Assembly (NCBI GenBank): GCA_014384375.1
Contig: JACNFY010000034.1
Location: forward strand, 1,674-65,673
Direction: 5' to 3'
DNA from: Nanobdellati archaeon
GTDB taxonomy: Archaea > Nanobdellota > Nanobdellia > Woesearchaeales > GCA-2686295
DNA: 64,000 bases
Made by a program: the position numbers and the translations under genes. Numbering within the stretch: the first letter of the stretch is position 1; the number at the start of each line of letters is the position of its first letter. This document shows, in pieces, positions 27,976 through 38,629 of the stretch. Below the pieces are notes generated by a model that made no database searches, was not told where the DNA came from, and was given only the letters and a program-made list of their open reading frames with translations.

Positions 27976-28004
27976 GGTGAATTTTTTAGTTTCTTATATA
28001 GAAA

Positions 28005-28700
28005 ATGGCAGGGATAACGAATTTCAAAGGAAAGTTGGTGAAGAAGAGATACTTGGCACCTGATATTGTTTTGTTATCTTTTAAGCTGGATAAAGATTTC
28101 ACTTTCAAAGCAGGCCAGTACATCATGATAAATATTTCTAATGGAGATGAGACTAAAGCAAAGCCTTATTCAGTGTTTAGTCCTCCTTCACAGAAAGAAA
28201 CCTTGGATTTATGTGTTAAAATAGTTGATGGTGGTTTTGCATCAGAAGTTTTTGATAAAGTAGAGGAAGGTAAAGAGTTTGATATGAAAGGTCCTTTTGG
28301 TAGATTCATATTTGATGAGAATAATAAAAAGAGTGTGCAGTTCTTCATAGGTGTTGGAACTGGAATAGCGCCTCTGCATAGCATGATAAAAGAATATATG
28401 TCTAAATATCCAAACAAGAAATTCAAGTTGTTATTTGGTGCTAGAACAAGAAAGGACTTGGTGTTTCATGAAGAGTTTCTCAAGATGGAAGAAGAAAATG
28501 ATGATTTTGAGTACATCCCGACCATTACAAGGGAGGAGTGGGAAGGTCGCCAAGGAAGAATTCAACAACACTTGGAAGGAGATTTATCTGACACGAAGTT
28601 TTATCTTTGTGGATTGAAAGATATGGTGCTAACAACAAAAGAGCTTCTCATAGAAAAAGGTGTTAACCCGGAAAATATAAAATTTGAACGATATTCTTGA
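28005..28700 (+). CDS. FNR-like FAD/NAD(P)-binding oxidoreductase
   Basis: KPYSV (RxYS flavin motif), GVGTGIAPLHSM (GxGxxP NAD motif), LCGLKDM. Confidence 0.55.
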   Translation: MAGITNFKGKLVKKRYLAPDIVLLSFKLDKDFTFKAGQYIMINISNGDETKAKPYSVFSPPSQKETLDLCVKIVDGGFASEVFDKVEEGKEFDMKGPFGRFIFDENNKKSVQFFIGVGTGIAPLHSMIKEYMSKYPNKKFKLLFGARTRKDLVFHEEFLKMEEENDDFEYIPTITREEWEGRQGRIQQHLEGDLSDTKFYLCGLKDMVLTTKELLIEKGVNPENIKFERYS

Positions 28701-29362
28701 ATGAGATGAAAAAGGTTAATGTAGATAAAATATATAATATTCTGAAAAAAGAAGCTGTTAACTACAAGGTTCCTGTTGTTGACTTGATAGAGTTGCAGAC
28801 TAATGATCCTTTCAAAGTTTTGATTGGGACGATTCTTTCTGCAAGGACTAAAGATGAGATGACTGTCAAAGCTAGTGAAAGATTGTTTTCCAAAATTAAT
28901 AACTTAGATGATCTTGAGAGATTATCTGTTAAGGAGATAGAAAAACTCATCTATCCTGTTGGCTTCTATAAGAATAAAGCGAAATTCTTGAAAGAATTGC
29001 CGAAAGTACTAAAGAAAGAATTTGATGGAAAAATACCTGAAACAATTGAGGAACTTGTGAAGCTTCCAGGTGTTGGCAGGAAAACAGCTAACCTAGTTGT
29101 TGCAGTTGGTTTTAAGAAACCAGCTGTATGCGTTGATACTCATGTTCATAGGATTATGAATCGTTTTGGCTATGTCAAGACAAAGACTCCTTTTGAGACA
29201 GAGATGGCTTTGAGAAAGAAGCTATCTGTTAAGTATTGGGAAAAGATAAACTCATTGCTTGTCGCTTTTGGGCAACATCTGTGCACTCCTATAAGTCCAT
29301 GGTGTAGCAAGTGTCCGATAATAGATTATTGTAACCAGATAAATGTTAAGACTAAAAGATGA
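28697..29362 (+). CDS. nth: endonuclease III (HhH-GPD glycosylase with 4Fe-4S)
   Basis: LIGTILSARTKDE, LPGVGRKTANLV, VDTHVHRI, and the C-terminal CTPISPWCSKCPIIDYC cluster. Confidence 0.8.
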   Translation: MNEMKKVNVDKIYNILKKEAVNYKVPVVDLIELQTNDPFKVLIGTILSARTKDEMTVKASERLFSKINNLDDLERLSVKEIEKLIYPVGFYKNKAKFLKELPKVLKKEFDGKIPETIEELVKLPGVGRKTANLVVAVGFKKPAVCVDTHVHRIMNRFGYVKTKTPFETEMALRKKLSVKYWEKINSLLVAFGQHLCTPISPWCSKCPIIDYCNQINVKTKR

Positions 29363-29429
29363 ATTATTTTATGAAATATGTTCTAGAATGCAAACTTTTT
29401 TAAATAATCCTTAAAAACACGCTTTTAGC

Positions 29430-29750
29430 ATGTTATTTTGCCCTAAATGCGGTTCATTGCTTAAATCGAAGGAAGAAAAAAAGAAAAGAATTCTTCACTG
29501 TTCATGCGGTTTTACGAACAAGGAAATCGAGGCAGCTGAGATAAAGGAGACTATAAACAAGAAAGAGAAGGAAGTAGAGATTATTTCTGGTGAAGAGGAG
29601 AAGACTCTTCCGTTATGTGATGCTGTATGCCCTAAGTGTAAGCATAAAAAAGCTTATTACTGGCTTGTCCAGACAAGAGCTGGTGATGAACCAGAGACAA
29701 AGTTTTTAAAATGCGAGAAATGTAAACATACTTGGAGAGACTATTCCTGA
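29430..29750 (+). CDS. tfs: transcription factor S / RNAP subunit M (TFIIS-type zinc ribbon)
   Basis: N-terminal CPKCGS...C zinc ribbon and a C-terminal CPKC...YWLVQTRAGDEPETKFLKCEKCKHTWR (QTRSADE-type) ribbon. Confidence 0.75.
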   Translation: MLFCPKCGSLLKSKEEKKKRILHCSCGFTNKEIEAAEIKETINKKEKEVEIISGEEEKTLPLCDAVCPKCKHKKAYYWLVQTRAGDEPETKFLKCEKCKHTWRDYS

Positions 29751-29965
29751 AAATGTCTAAGATTGATTATGACGAGCTTACCAACGAGGAAATGGAAGAC
29801 ATCAGGGTGACTTTTGTTCCTAAGAAGTGTCCTAAGTGCGGCGAGTTGATGGTTTGTCGTGAACTTGGCGTCTGGGGATACTATTGCATTGACTGTATGT
29901 TCTGGTGGGGAACTTATGATCCTTTCCCTGAGGTTAAGGGCGAACCAAAAAAGGTAAAGAAATAA
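29732..29965 (+). CDS. small zinc-ribbon protein
   Basis: CPKCGELMVC...YYCIDC. Confidence 0.35.
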   Translation: MERLFLKMSKIDYDELTNEEMEDIRVTFVPKKCPKCGELMVCRELGVWGYYCIDCMFWWGTYDPFPEVKGEPKKVKK

Positions 29966-29990
29966 ATAGTATTGTTTTCTTAACATTGTT

Positions 29991-30233
29991 ATGGAGATTG
30001 AGAAATATATTCATAATTCTCTTTTGAAGATACGTGTAAAACCTAACTGTTCTAAGTCAGAGATAAAAGACTATGATGAAAATAGGAATACTTTATTGGT
30101 TGATATCGCTGCTCCTCCTGAGAAGAACAAGGCGAATATTGAAGTAGTGAAGTTTTTCTCAAAGTTGTTGAAGAAAAAAGTTAAGATTAAAAAGGGTTTG
30201 AAAAACAGGGAAAAAGTCTTGCTTATTGGTTAG
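29991..30233 (+). CDS. DUF167/YggU-family protein
   Basis: IRVKPNCSKSEI...LLVDIAAPPEKNKANIEVVKFFSKLL...VKIKKGLKNREKVLLI matches the UPF0235 pattern. Confidence 0.55.
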   Translation: MEIEKYIHNSLLKIRVKPNCSKSEIKDYDENRNTLLVDIAAPPEKNKANIEVVKFFSKLLKKKVKIKKGLKNREKVLLIG

Positions 30234-30726
30234 TGTATTCCTCTATTTTCTTGCTCATGGTTTGGAGTTTCACACCTGCCATCTTGAATATCTTTCTCGT
30301 CTCTTGGGCTGCATGGTATTTATTCTCACAGATAACTCTCTTAATGCCTGCGTTGACTATCATTCTAGCGCATACAGCGCATGGTTCCATCTTTACATAC
30401 ATAGTTGCTCCATGCACTGATGTTCCGTTTTTTGCTGCTTGGACTATAGAATTCTGTTCTGCGTGTATGGTTCGTACACAATGCTGCCTTTCTACGCCAT
30501 CTGCATGTTTTGTTGTTTCCATTAAATGACCGACATCGTCACAATGTGGTTGTCCAACTGGTGAACCAACGTATCCTGTTGCTAGTATCTGCTTGTCTTT
30601 CACAATCACACACCCTGATTTTCCTCTGTCACAAGTCGCTCTTTTCGCAACCGCTTTAGAGACTTCCATAAAATATTCATCCCATGAAGGTCTAACATGT
30701 TTTTCTTTTTTAGCCATATTATTCAC
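30223..30726 (-). CDS. dCMP deaminase (ComEB/Dcd-like CDA fold)
   Basis: HAEQNSIVQAA ... MEPCAVCARMIVNAGIKRVIC. Confidence 0.75.
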   Translation of the reverse strand: MNNMAKKEKHVRPSWDEYFMEVSKAVAKRATCDRGKSGCVIVKDKQILATGYVGSPVGQPHCDDVGHLMETTKHADGVERQHCVRTIHAEQNSIVQAAKNGTSVHGATMYVKMEPCAVCARMIVNAGIKRVICENKYHAAQETRKIFKMAGVKLQTMSKKIEEYTNQ

Positions 30727-31285
30727 CTATTTCTTTCAAAACTTTTTCAACTTGCTCATACAGTTCTTCGAAAGAATTGTTGTTCTGGAAAACATAATCA
30801 GATATTTCAATACATCTAGAAAGATTCTGTTTTGTTGGATCTGTTGACCTCATTTCAGTCTCTTCTTGTTTTTTAAACTTTTCAAAACTCACATCATCAC
30901 TTTGCATGTTCTTTCTCTTTTGGATTCTCTCATATCTTAATCTCTGGTCTGCATCAACTGCAAACATTGTAAAGTTTCCTATCCTTTTAAGAGCATTGAT
31001 TTCTCCTTCTGTTCTTAAACTTTCAAGAACACTATTCTCTCTGCTTTTTTTAGCCATCTTGAATAATTCTTCAGCAACATAGCTTGGACCATATTTTCTT
31101 CTGAGATCATTAGCTACAAGAACCATGTTATCTCTTGTTATTGGTAACTCTCTCCTCTCTATCTCTTTATTTATTACGTCTTCCCGAGCTGAGAAATGGT
31201 GATAACCTTTTTCATTGACTAGATAGTCAACAATGGTTCCTTTGCCAGCACCTAGAGTTCCTGTGATTCCAATGATTTTTTGCAC
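30719..31285 (-). CDS. P-loop nucleoside/nucleotide monophosphate kinase (specificity unknown)
   Basis: Walker A GITGTLGAGKGT plus lid/NMP-binding-like segments. It sits in the thymidylate cluster next to the dCMP deaminase. Confidence 0.45.
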   Translation of the reverse strand: MQKIIGITGTLGAGKGTIVDYLVNEKGYHHFSAREDVINKEIERRELPITRDNMVLVANDLRRKYGPSYVAEELFKMAKKSRENSVLESLRTEGEINALKRIGNFTMFAVDADQRLRYERIQKRKNMQSDDVSFEKFKKQEETEMRSTDPTKQNLSRCIEISDYVFQNNNSFEELYEQVEKVLKEIGE

Positions 31286-31407
31286 TTATAATCCCCCTTT
31301 CATCTTAAGAACTTCTATTCATTTAAAAAAATTTCTAAGAATGGTTGTAATTCATTATAATAATTAATTTAAATGGAAGTGTTTAACAACTCGCTAAGGG
31401 GGATATT

Positions 31408-32274
31408 ATGAAGGCTTATCTTGATATTATTAGGAAAGTATTGGACAAAGGTATAAAGAAAGATGATAGAACCGGTGTTGGTACTATTGCTATTGCAGGA
31501 GCTATGTTTGAGCATGACATGGCAGATGGTTTTCCTCTTATAACAACAAAGAGTGTTCCCTTTAGATTGGTCGCTTCTGAGCTAGAATTTTTTATAAAAG
31601 GGATTACTGATAAGAAATGGCTTCAAGACAGAGACAATCATATTTGGGATGAATGGTGCACTCCTATGGTCATTCTATACGCTCATGATGAAGAAACAAA
31701 AAAGAAGATGATGGCAGAACGTGATCTTGGTCCTCTCTATGGTTGGCAGTGGAGACACTTTGGAGCAGAGTACAAAAATTATAAGACAGATTACACTGGT
31801 AAGGGTGTTGACCAATTAAAAAAAATTGTTGATAAATTAAAGAGTAACCCGACTGATAGAAGAATGATTTGTATGGCTTGGAACCCTGTTGATATTGAAA
31901 AGGTGTCACCTCCTTTTTGCCATTATGGATTTCAAGTTACAGTTATTGATGGAAGACTAAACTTGTTATGGAGTCAAAGGTCCTGTGATGTTGCTTTAGG
32001 CTTACCATTCAATATTGCAAGTTATGCTTTACTTTTGCATTTACTAGCAAAAGAGACTGGCTTCAAAGAAGGTAAATTAGTTGGTTTCATTGCTGATACG
32101 CACATATATCTAAATCACATTGAAGGATTGAAAGAACAGCTTAAAAGAAAACCATTTTCTTTATCAAAATTAAAAACAGAAAATTTTAAATCAATCTTTG
32201 AGTGGAAGTACACTGATTCAAAAGTTGAGGGTTATGAGCATCATCCAAGAATTAAGTTTGAGATTGCTGTTTAG
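31408..32274 (+). CDS. thyA: thymidylate synthase ThyA
   Basis: Aligns with classical ThyA: MKAYLDIIRKVLDKG..DRTGVGT..GFPLITTK, active-site PPFCHYGFQ, and DVALGLPFNIASYALLLHLLA. Confidence 0.9.
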   Translation: MKAYLDIIRKVLDKGIKKDDRTGVGTIAIAGAMFEHDMADGFPLITTKSVPFRLVASELEFFIKGITDKKWLQDRDNHIWDEWCTPMVILYAHDEETKKKMMAERDLGPLYGWQWRHFGAEYKNYKTDYTGKGVDQLKKIVDKLKSNPTDRRMICMAWNPVDIEKVSPPFCHYGFQVTVIDGRLNLLWSQRSCDVALGLPFNIASYALLLHLLAKETGFKEGKLVGFIADTHIYLNHIEGLKEQLKRKPFSLSKLKTENFKSIFEWKYTDSKVEGYEHHPRIKFEIAV

Positions 32275-32285
32275 GAGGTTTCAAA

Positions 32286-32789
32286 ATGAGTGAGGTAATA
32301 ATAATAGTTGCTGTCGCTGAGAATTATGTTATTGGTAACAAGGGAAAAATTCCTTGGCATATAAGTGAGGATTTCCAGCATTTCAAAGAAATAACCATGG
32401 ATTTTCCTTGTATGATGGGTGATGTGACTTATGAATCTTTGCCTGAAAGCTTTAGACCTCTGCCAGGGAGGGAGAATGTTGTGCTGACTTTCAACAAGGA
32501 TTATCATCCTGAGGGAACCACTATATTTCACGACTTTGAAGAAGCATTGGAGTACTGCAAAAAAAAGTATGATAAGGTTTTCATCACAGGAGGAGCAACT
32601 ATTTACAGGATAGGGATGCCTCATGCAGACAAGCTAATGATAACAAGGGTTCACAAAGAATATGAGGGAGATGTTTTCTTCCCACAGGTAAAAAAAGAGG
32701 AATGGGTTGAAGTGGAAAGAGAAGATCATCATAGTGACAAGGAAGATGTTGATTTCTCATTCGTTACGTATGTAAGAAAGAATAATTAA
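32286..32789 (+). CDS. folA: dihydrofolate reductase
   Basis: IIVAVAENYVIGNKGKIPWHISEDFQHFKEIT is the DHFR N-terminal signature, ...VFITGGATIY. Confidence 0.85.
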   Translation: MSEVIIIVAVAENYVIGNKGKIPWHISEDFQHFKEITMDFPCMMGDVTYESLPESFRPLPGRENVVLTFNKDYHPEGTTIFHDFEEALEYCKKKYDKVFITGGATIYRIGMPHADKLMITRVHKEYEGDVFFPQVKKEEWVEVEREDHHSDKEDVDFSFVTYVRKNN

Positions 32790-33520
32790 AGAGTATTTTT
32801 TATCTTATCCCAGATTAGTTTGTGGATTTCTTCTCTTGTTTTAAGCTTATTTCCTGGAGCGCAGTCTATTATTGGCCAGGAGTATTTCTTGGCAGCGTAT
32901 TTGTATGCTGCAGCTGCATCTTTTAGATGATCAATATCTGATTCGTGAATGTCTTTTGCGCCTTTAACAATGTACTTTCTTGAATCTTTTTGTTTACTTA
33001 GCTTATTCTTGTAATCTTGGTGTTCGAATAATGAGATGGTTGTCTGAAGTTTTTGTTCAACCAAGTCTTGTCCCACTCTTGGAGGTATGTAAAGTAGGAT
33101 GTTAATATTTGGCTTTGGAATATTAAATAAATCAAATTCTAAATCTTTTAACCATTCCAAGAATTTATCTCTTTTTTTTTTGTCTTTGATTTTTCCTGCT
33201 TGATGTCCAATGTTGGATGACATATAGCGATTACATATTACTATCTTTTCTTCCTTAAGCCATTCTCGTATCTTAAAAGAAGCTGCATATCTATCACATG
33301 CGTAGAAAATAGATGCTCTGTATGGTCCAACTTCTTTAGCAGGGCCATAAGAACCATTAAGATATTCCTCGATTAACGCTGCGCTTTTCTGTCCAAATTG
33401 AGGAAATTCTATCAGTTCAACATCATAGCCCTCTTTTCTAAGTTTTTCTACAAGAAGTTTTGTTTGCGTAGCCTTGCCACTTCCATCAGTTCCATCAATA
33501 ACTATTAGTTTTCCTTTCAT
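32786..33520 (-). CDS. tmk: thymidylate kinase
   Basis: KLIVIDGTDGSGKATQTKLL P-loop, a DRY-like CDRY motif, and the lid. Confidence 0.8.
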   Translation of the reverse strand: MKGKLIVIDGTDGSGKATQTKLLVEKLRKEGYDVELIEFPQFGQKSAALIEEYLNGSYGPAKEVGPYRASIFYACDRYAASFKIREWLKEEKIVICNRYMSSNIGHQAGKIKDKKKRDKFLEWLKDLEFDLFNIPKPNINILLYIPPRVGQDLVEQKLQTTISLFEHQDYKNKLSKQKDSRKYIVKGAKDIHESDIDHLKDAAAAYKYAAKKYSWPIIDCAPGNKLKTREEIHKLIWDKIKNTL

Positions 33521-33580
33521 AAAGGTCCCCTGATATAAGAGAATACAAGTTATTTAAAAAATTTTTTGTAGAAGATAATA

Positions 33581-34291
33581 TTATGAGTCCTTGTTATAAT
33601 TTTCGTTCATAACCATATCTTCAATTCTTTGAAGTGTAGGTAGTATATGTCCATGGCTGAATGGAGACCTTCCAAGTCTGTCTGCAAGAATCAAATCGTC
33701 TGTTTCTAATGCTACTTTTGGACCTTCATATTGTTCAAACCACTGCTCGTATAAAATATTCAGGTCTTCAAGGTAAGAATTATGCGGATCTAAAAGAGCT
33801 CTTTCGTTTTCTCTTCTTGGTTCAAGACGTATTCTTTTTTCTATTCTTTCCCTTAGTTTTGGAATGCTTGTTCTAAGATAAATAGTTAAGTCAGGATATC
33901 CTGCTATTTCGATGTTGGCATCTCTTGTATTTATTATATGCTGATACTCTTCTTGTTTCATAAGTTCTCTTGCAACTAAGTTTTTTGAAAAAACATAGAT
34001 ATCTTCATCCATTAATCTGTCTAGAACTGCAGATCTATCGCTGGCTCTGATAGCTACTAGTTGAGCTCCCCTTGTCTGCACGAAATATAATTGAGTTTTG
34101 TAACTTATGATGTTATATGTTCCTCGTTGAATGGCTGCATAGTATTCATTTAGAATGTCTTCATTAACAACTTCAGGAATAAGTTCAAAATCGAGAAAAG
34201 CAGCAGTTAATTTTGATAGTTTGCTTTTTCCAGCACCGATGTTCCCGGAAAAGCCTACTATTATTTGTTTTTGAGAGTTTTCTTCGTTCAT
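33581..34291 (-). CDS. deoxynucleoside kinase (dCK/dGK/TK2 family)
   Basis: [20 protein letters not shown]-loop, an E..YxxQ-like region, and a DRS motif. Confidence 0.65.
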   Translation of the reverse strand: MNEENSQKQIIVGFSGNIGAGKSKLSKLTAAFLDFELIPEVVNEDILNEYYAAIQRGTYNIISYKTQLYFVQTRGAQLVAIRASDRSAVLDRLMDEDIYVFSKNLVARELMKQEEYQHIINTRDANIEIAGYPDLTIYLRTSIPKLRERIEKRIRLEPRRENERALLDPHNSYLEDLNILYEQWFEQYEGPKVALETDDLILADRLGRSPFSHGHILPTLQRIEDMVMNENYNKDS

Positions 34292-35589
34292 TTCAATTCA
34301 ATCTCTGGATACAACGGGTGTTGATCACACATCTCCTTTACTTTTTTCCTCACCTCTTTTATGATTTTTTCATTATTTATGTTTGAGACTATCTTGTTCA
34401 TCAGATCTGCGATTTCTTTCATGTCACTCTCTTTGAAGCCGCGAGTTGTTAATGCTGGCGTTCCAAGTCTTATCCCTGACGGGTCCCATGGCTTCCTTGG
34501 ATCAAATGGTATCATGTTCTTGTTGCATGTGATGCCTGCCTTGTCTAGGTCTGTTTCTGCTTCTTTTCCTGTGACTTTTTTATTTGTTAGGTCTACTAAT
34601 AGCAAGTGGTTGTCTGTTCCATCACTTATAAGCTTAAATCCATGATCCATTAATCTTTCTGCTAATGCTTTGGCGTTCTTCAACACTTGCTCTATGTATT
34701 TTTTGAATTCTGGCTTCAATGCTTCTCCGAAAGCTACTGCTTTTGCAGCGATGATGTGGTCCATAGGTCCTCCTTGCATTCCTGGGAAGACTGCGAAGTC
34801 AATCATCCTTACAAGATTCCTCTTTTCATCAGGATGATACTTTTCTTTTAACCTGTCTTCTTCCATGCTTAGGATTAATGCACCCCTTGGTCCTCTCAGT
34901 GTTTTATGGGTTGTTGTGGTTACAACATCGCAGTGTGGGAATGGCATTTGATGTTTTCTAGCTGCTATCATGCCTGCGAAGTGAGCAACATCTGCTAGTA
35001 AGTAAGCGTCTACCTCATCTGCTATCTCTCTGAACTCTTTGAAATCGATGTTTCTTGGGTAAGCGCTGTAACCTGCAAGTATGAGTTTTGGTTTTTCTTT
35101 TAGAGCTATCTTTCTAACTTCATCCATGTTTAGTATTCCTGTTTCTTTCTCCAGACCATAATGAGTGAAGTTGTAGAACTTGCCTGAGAAGCTTACTGGT
35201 GAGCCGTGTGTTAAATGTCCACCATGTGCTAGGTCCATTCCTAGTATTTTATCCTTTAGATTTAGTAGTGCGAAGTATACCTCCATGTTGGCTTGTGAAC
35301 CTGCATGTGGCTGTACATTTGCATGCTCTGCATCAAAGAGTTTCTTAGCTCTTTCGATTGCTAAGTCCTCACTTATGTCAATAAAGTCATTTCCTCCGTA
35401 GTATCTTCTGTGCGGATAACCTTCTGAGTACTTGTTTGTTAGCCATGTACCCATTGTTTGCAAAACAGGTATTGAGACAAAATTCTCAGAAGCTATTAGT
35501 TCAATAGTCTGTTTCTGGCGATTAATCTCTTTTTTAATAGATTCATATACTGCTGAGTCAGAATTCTTGAGTTCCTCAAAGTCAATCAT
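34288..35589 (-). CDS. glyA: serine hydroxymethyltransferase
   Basis: [14 protein letters not shown], the PLP-Lys motif [13 protein letters not shown], and [10 protein letters not shown]. Confidence 0.9.
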   Translation of the reverse strand: MIDFEELKNSDSAVYESIKKEINRQKQTIELIASENFVSIPVLQTMGTWLTNKYSEGYPHRRYYGGNDFIDISEDLAIERAKKLFDAEHANVQPHAGSQANMEVYFALLNLKDKILGMDLAHGGHLTHGSPVSFSGKFYNFTHYGLEKETGILNMDEVRKIALKEKPKLILAGYSAYPRNIDFKEFREIADEVDAYLLADVAHFAGMIAARKHQMPFPHCDVVTTTTHKTLRGPRGALILSMEEDRLKEKYHPDEKRNLVRMIDFAVFPGMQGGPMDHIIAAKAVAFGEALKPEFKKYIEQVLKNAKALAERLMDHGFKLISDGTDNHLLLVDLTNKKVTGKEAETDLDKAGITCNKNMIPFDPRKPWDPSGIRLGTPALTTRGFKESDMKEIADLMNKIVSNINNEKIIKEVRKKVKEMCDQHPLYPEIELK

Positions 35590-35691
35590 GTTATCCCCCT
35601 TCTTGAGTGTAGAATAAAAGTCAATTATTTAAATTTTGTTGTGGAATATATTACCAAAAATAATTTAAACGATTAGTTTTCTCCTTCATCA

Positions 35692-36318
35692 ATGAAATTA
35701 TCAAAAGAGTTCAAAACTGATTTGTTACTAGGTCTATTTGTTGGCTCGTTGATTCTTGCTAACACGCTTGGAACCAAGATCACTACTATTCTTGGTGTCA
35801 GGGTTTCTGTAGGTATATTCTTTATACCTATATTGTTCCTTGTGACTGATATTGTTGCTGAGGTTCATGGTAAGAAGAAGGCTAGAAGTTTCGTTTATAT
35901 CTCTTTGATAATTCTTGTTTTTACTTTGATAATGATTTTTGTTTCTATTATATTGCCTGTTAATGAAACATGGGGTAATCAAGAAGCTTTTGAATCAGTG
36001 TTTGGGGCTACTATGAGGATGATGGTTGCTAGTATAATTGCTTTTTTGATTAGTCAACTTCATGATGTGTGGTCTTTTGACTTCTGGAAGAGAAAGACAA
36101 AAGGAAAATACTTGTGGCTCAGAAACAATCTTTCAACATTTGTAAGCCAGTTCATAGACACTACAATTTTCATGTTCTTGGCTTTCTACAAGGTTGCACC
36201 AAAGTTTACTGTTCCTTTTGTTTTCAGCCTTATAATTCCTTACTGGTTATTTAAGGTGGCGTTTGCACTCATCGACACACCTTTATGCTACTTAGGAGTT
36301 AAGTGGTTAAAGAAATAG
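35692..36318 (+). CDS. YhhQ/DUF165-family membrane transporter (queuosine-precursor/vitamin uptake type)
   Basis: 6-TM, 208-aa protein. RMMVASIIAFLISQLHDVWSFDFWK and FVSQFIDTTIFMFLAF resemble the Vut_1/YhhQ family. Confidence 0.45.
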   Translation: MKLSKEFKTDLLLGLFVGSLILANTLGTKITTILGVRVSVGIFFIPILFLVTDIVAEVHGKKKARSFVYISLIILVFTLIMIFVSIILPVNETWGNQEAFESVFGATMRMMVASIIAFLISQLHDVWSFDFWKRKTKGKYLWLRNNLSTFVSQFIDTTIFMFLAFYKVAPKFTVPFVFSLIIPYWLFKVAFALIDTPLCYLGVKWLKK

Positions 36319-37530
36319 TTCTTCTGCTTCGCCAATCATGTAGATAGAGCCAGTGATAAGTATTGGTATGTCTCTGTTCATCTTCATTGCTTTTTTCACA
36401 GCTTCTTTTACATCTGAGATTATTATTGCTTTCTTGTCAATTAAGTCTTTATAGTTTTTAGGATCTTCGCCTCTATACTTTCCTTTTGTGAGGATTATTC
36501 TCTCTGCAATTGGTACTATTTCCTTTAGCATCTCTCTCTTATGATGACCTTCTGATATTCCTAATACTAAGAAAACTTTAGGATAATATTTGTCCAAGAA
36601 TTTTCTCAGAGCCTTCATTCCTGTTGTGTTGTGAGCTCCGTCAATGATCACTAATGGATTCTTGCTAACTGTTTCAAGCCTTCCAGGCCACTCAGCTTTT
36701 TTCAATCCATTGATGATGTGTTCTTTTTTAACCTCTAGCATTTCTGCAATTCTTATTGCTAGGCAAGCGTTCATCACTTGGTGTTCTCCAACGAGTTTTA
36801 TCTCATAAGATTCTCCATTAGTGCTGAATAGTTGGTGTTTGGTGTCTGATTCAGAGATATTTATGTTGAATTCATCATTTATGTTGTAGTAAGGAGAGTT
36901 GTTTTTCTTACATTCTTCTTTGAATAACTTTATGATTTCTTCGTTGGTCTCTGCAGTTATCATTGGAATGTTTTTCTTGATAATCTTTGCTTTCTCCACC
37001 GCGATTTCTCTCTCTGTGTTTCCAAGGTAATCTACGTGGTCTATTGCGATGTTAGTTATTGCTGTAATAATTGGTGTAACTACATTTGTTGCGTCTAGTC
37101 TTCCTCCCATTCCTGTCTCCGTGATAATATAGTCAGGTTTTTTGTTAGCGAAGTAGAGAAATGCCAGAGTTGTTGTGAACTCAAAAAAGGTTGCTTGTAT
37201 ATTATTTTTTTCACATACAGACTTGATTTTCTGGACTAGTTCAGCTGTTTCTTTATTTGTTATCTCTTTACCATTTAACCTGATCCTTTCATTGAATCTC
37301 ACAAGGTGTGGTGAAGTGTACAAGCCTGTTGAGTAGCCTGCAGTTCTTAATATGAATTCAAGCATCGCTGCTGTTGAACCTTTACCATTTGTACCTGCAA
37401 TATGTATGACATTTAGTTTTTTTTCTGGGTTGCCAAGAGCTTTCAACAATGCTTTCATCACTTCTAGCCCTGGTTTTATACCGAATCTCTCCAAAGCGTA
37501 CATGTATTCTAGTAGGTTGGTTATATCCAT
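36307..37530 (-). CDS. folC: folylpolyglutamate synthase/dihydrofolate synthase (Mur-ligase fold)
   Basis: NVIHIAGTNGKGSTAAM P-loop and MGGRLDATNV, with overall Mur ligase architecture. Confidence 0.75.
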   Translation of the reverse strand: MDITNLLEYMYALERFGIKPGLEVMKALLKALGNPEKKLNVIHIAGTNGKGSTAAMLEFILRTAGYSTGLYTSPHLVRFNERIRLNGKEITNKETAELVQKIKSVCEKNNIQATFFEFTTTLAFLYFANKKPDYIITETGMGGRLDATNVVTPIITAITNIAIDHVDYLGNTEREIAVEKAKIIKKNIPMITAETNEEIIKLFKEECKKNNSPYYNINDEFNINISESDTKHQLFSTNGESYEIKLVGEHQVMNACLAIRIAEMLEVKKEHIINGLKKAEWPGRLETVSKNPLVIIDGAHNTTGMKALRKFLDKYYPKVFLVLGISEGHHKREMLKEIVPIAERIILTKGKYRGEDPKNYKDLIDKKAIIISDVKEAVKKAMKMNRDIPILITGSIYMIGEAEELFL

Positions 37531-37533
37531 TTT

Positions 37534-38274
37534 CTATCTGTTTATTCTGATATTAGTTGATGGAATTTCTTTCTTTATTGAGTCTCTTAGGTTTTCGAGG
37601 AATGAATCTGTTGGACTGTTGATGTTTTGCATCTTCTTGTCAGCTACCATTCCACTTCTGAATGGTTGTAGCTCCCAAGCAGCGTTGACATCTTCTATCT
37701 CTTTACTAATCTTCAAGAAGTCTTCCTTCCTGAATATTAGTCCTGGGACTATTGTTGTTCTGAATATGACTTCTACTTTCTCATCATAGGCTTTCAATGC
37801 CTGTAGTGTCTGCTTTGTATCTTCTATTATGTTCTGTGATTGTTTGAAAAAAGTGGCTGATTTAGTAACTTTTTCAAAGGTTTCGTTGAATGGCGCTTTG
37901 AGATCCATTATTATAGTGTCTATAAGCTCATTCTTCAATAACGCTTCTATCACTCCTGGTTTTGAGCCGTTTGTGTCTAGCACTGTTTTCAGTTTCAACT
38001 CTTTTGCTTTCCTCAATAACTCTAGTAACGCTTGTTTCTGGAAACAAGGCTCTCCGCCTGTTAAGAAGATGCCTTCGACTGTTCCTCTTTGGTTCTCCAT
38101 ATCTCTCTTTACTTCTTTCAAGTCTATCACATGCTCAAACTTTGTCTCGAGGAAGTCAGGAGTATTACAATAGGGGCACTTGAAGTCGCAGCCTGAGAAG
38201 TATATCTTCATGTATAATTCGTTGCTGAAATCAACTGTTCCAGCTGGTATTAGTTCCCCTATGAATGCTTGCAT
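37534..38274 (-). CDS. small radical SAM protein of the activase family (PflA/NrdG/QueE-like)
   Basis: IYFSGCDFKCPYCNTP, LTGGEPCFQ, 246 aa. Confidence 0.5.
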   Translation of the reverse strand: MQAFIGELIPAGTVDFSNELYMKIYFSGCDFKCPYCNTPDFLETKFEHVIDLKEVKRDMENQRGTVEGIFLTGGEPCFQKQALLELLRKAKELKLKTVLDTNGSKPGVIEALLKNELIDTIIMDLKAPFNETFEKVTKSATFFKQSQNIIEDTKQTLQALKAYDEKVEVIFRTTIVPGLIFRKEDFLKISKEIEDVNAAWELQPFRSGMVADKKMQNINSPTDSFLENLRDSIKKEIPSTNIRINR

Positions 38275-38629
38275 TGATAGGAGTAGTCACCAACCATTTA
38301 TTAAGTTTAATATTTTAAATATATAAGGCAGAATACCTTTAGAAATAGCCTCTTTTTACTCTTCTTCCTCACTAGATTCTGAGAAAAACTTGTTTAGGTT
38401 TTTACTTGAAATCTTGGCTTTGTAGCTTATTGCGGTCATTGTGAAATACCTTAATTCTTGGCTTTCAGAGTTTAAGCTTTGGTTATATTTAAATATGATT
38501 AAAATCCAAAATATAAACGTTAAACAATATTATGAAAAGCGTTTTTTCTAAAAATATATTTTGAAAGAATAGTTTGTAATCAACTATATTTAAAAAGGCT
38601 TAGAGGATAAAACAGTGTTAAGTCGAGTT

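Noticed and set aside
31670-32624. Minus-strand ORFs overlapping thyA and folA
   Set aside because: They overlap high-confidence ThyA and DHFR alignments on the opposite strand.
38275-38629. 355-nt intergenic region examined for an ncRNA or leader
   Set aside because: It is AT-rich with promoter-like TATA stretches, but I could not draw a convincing conserved structure. It is probably a bidirectional-terminator and promoter spacer.
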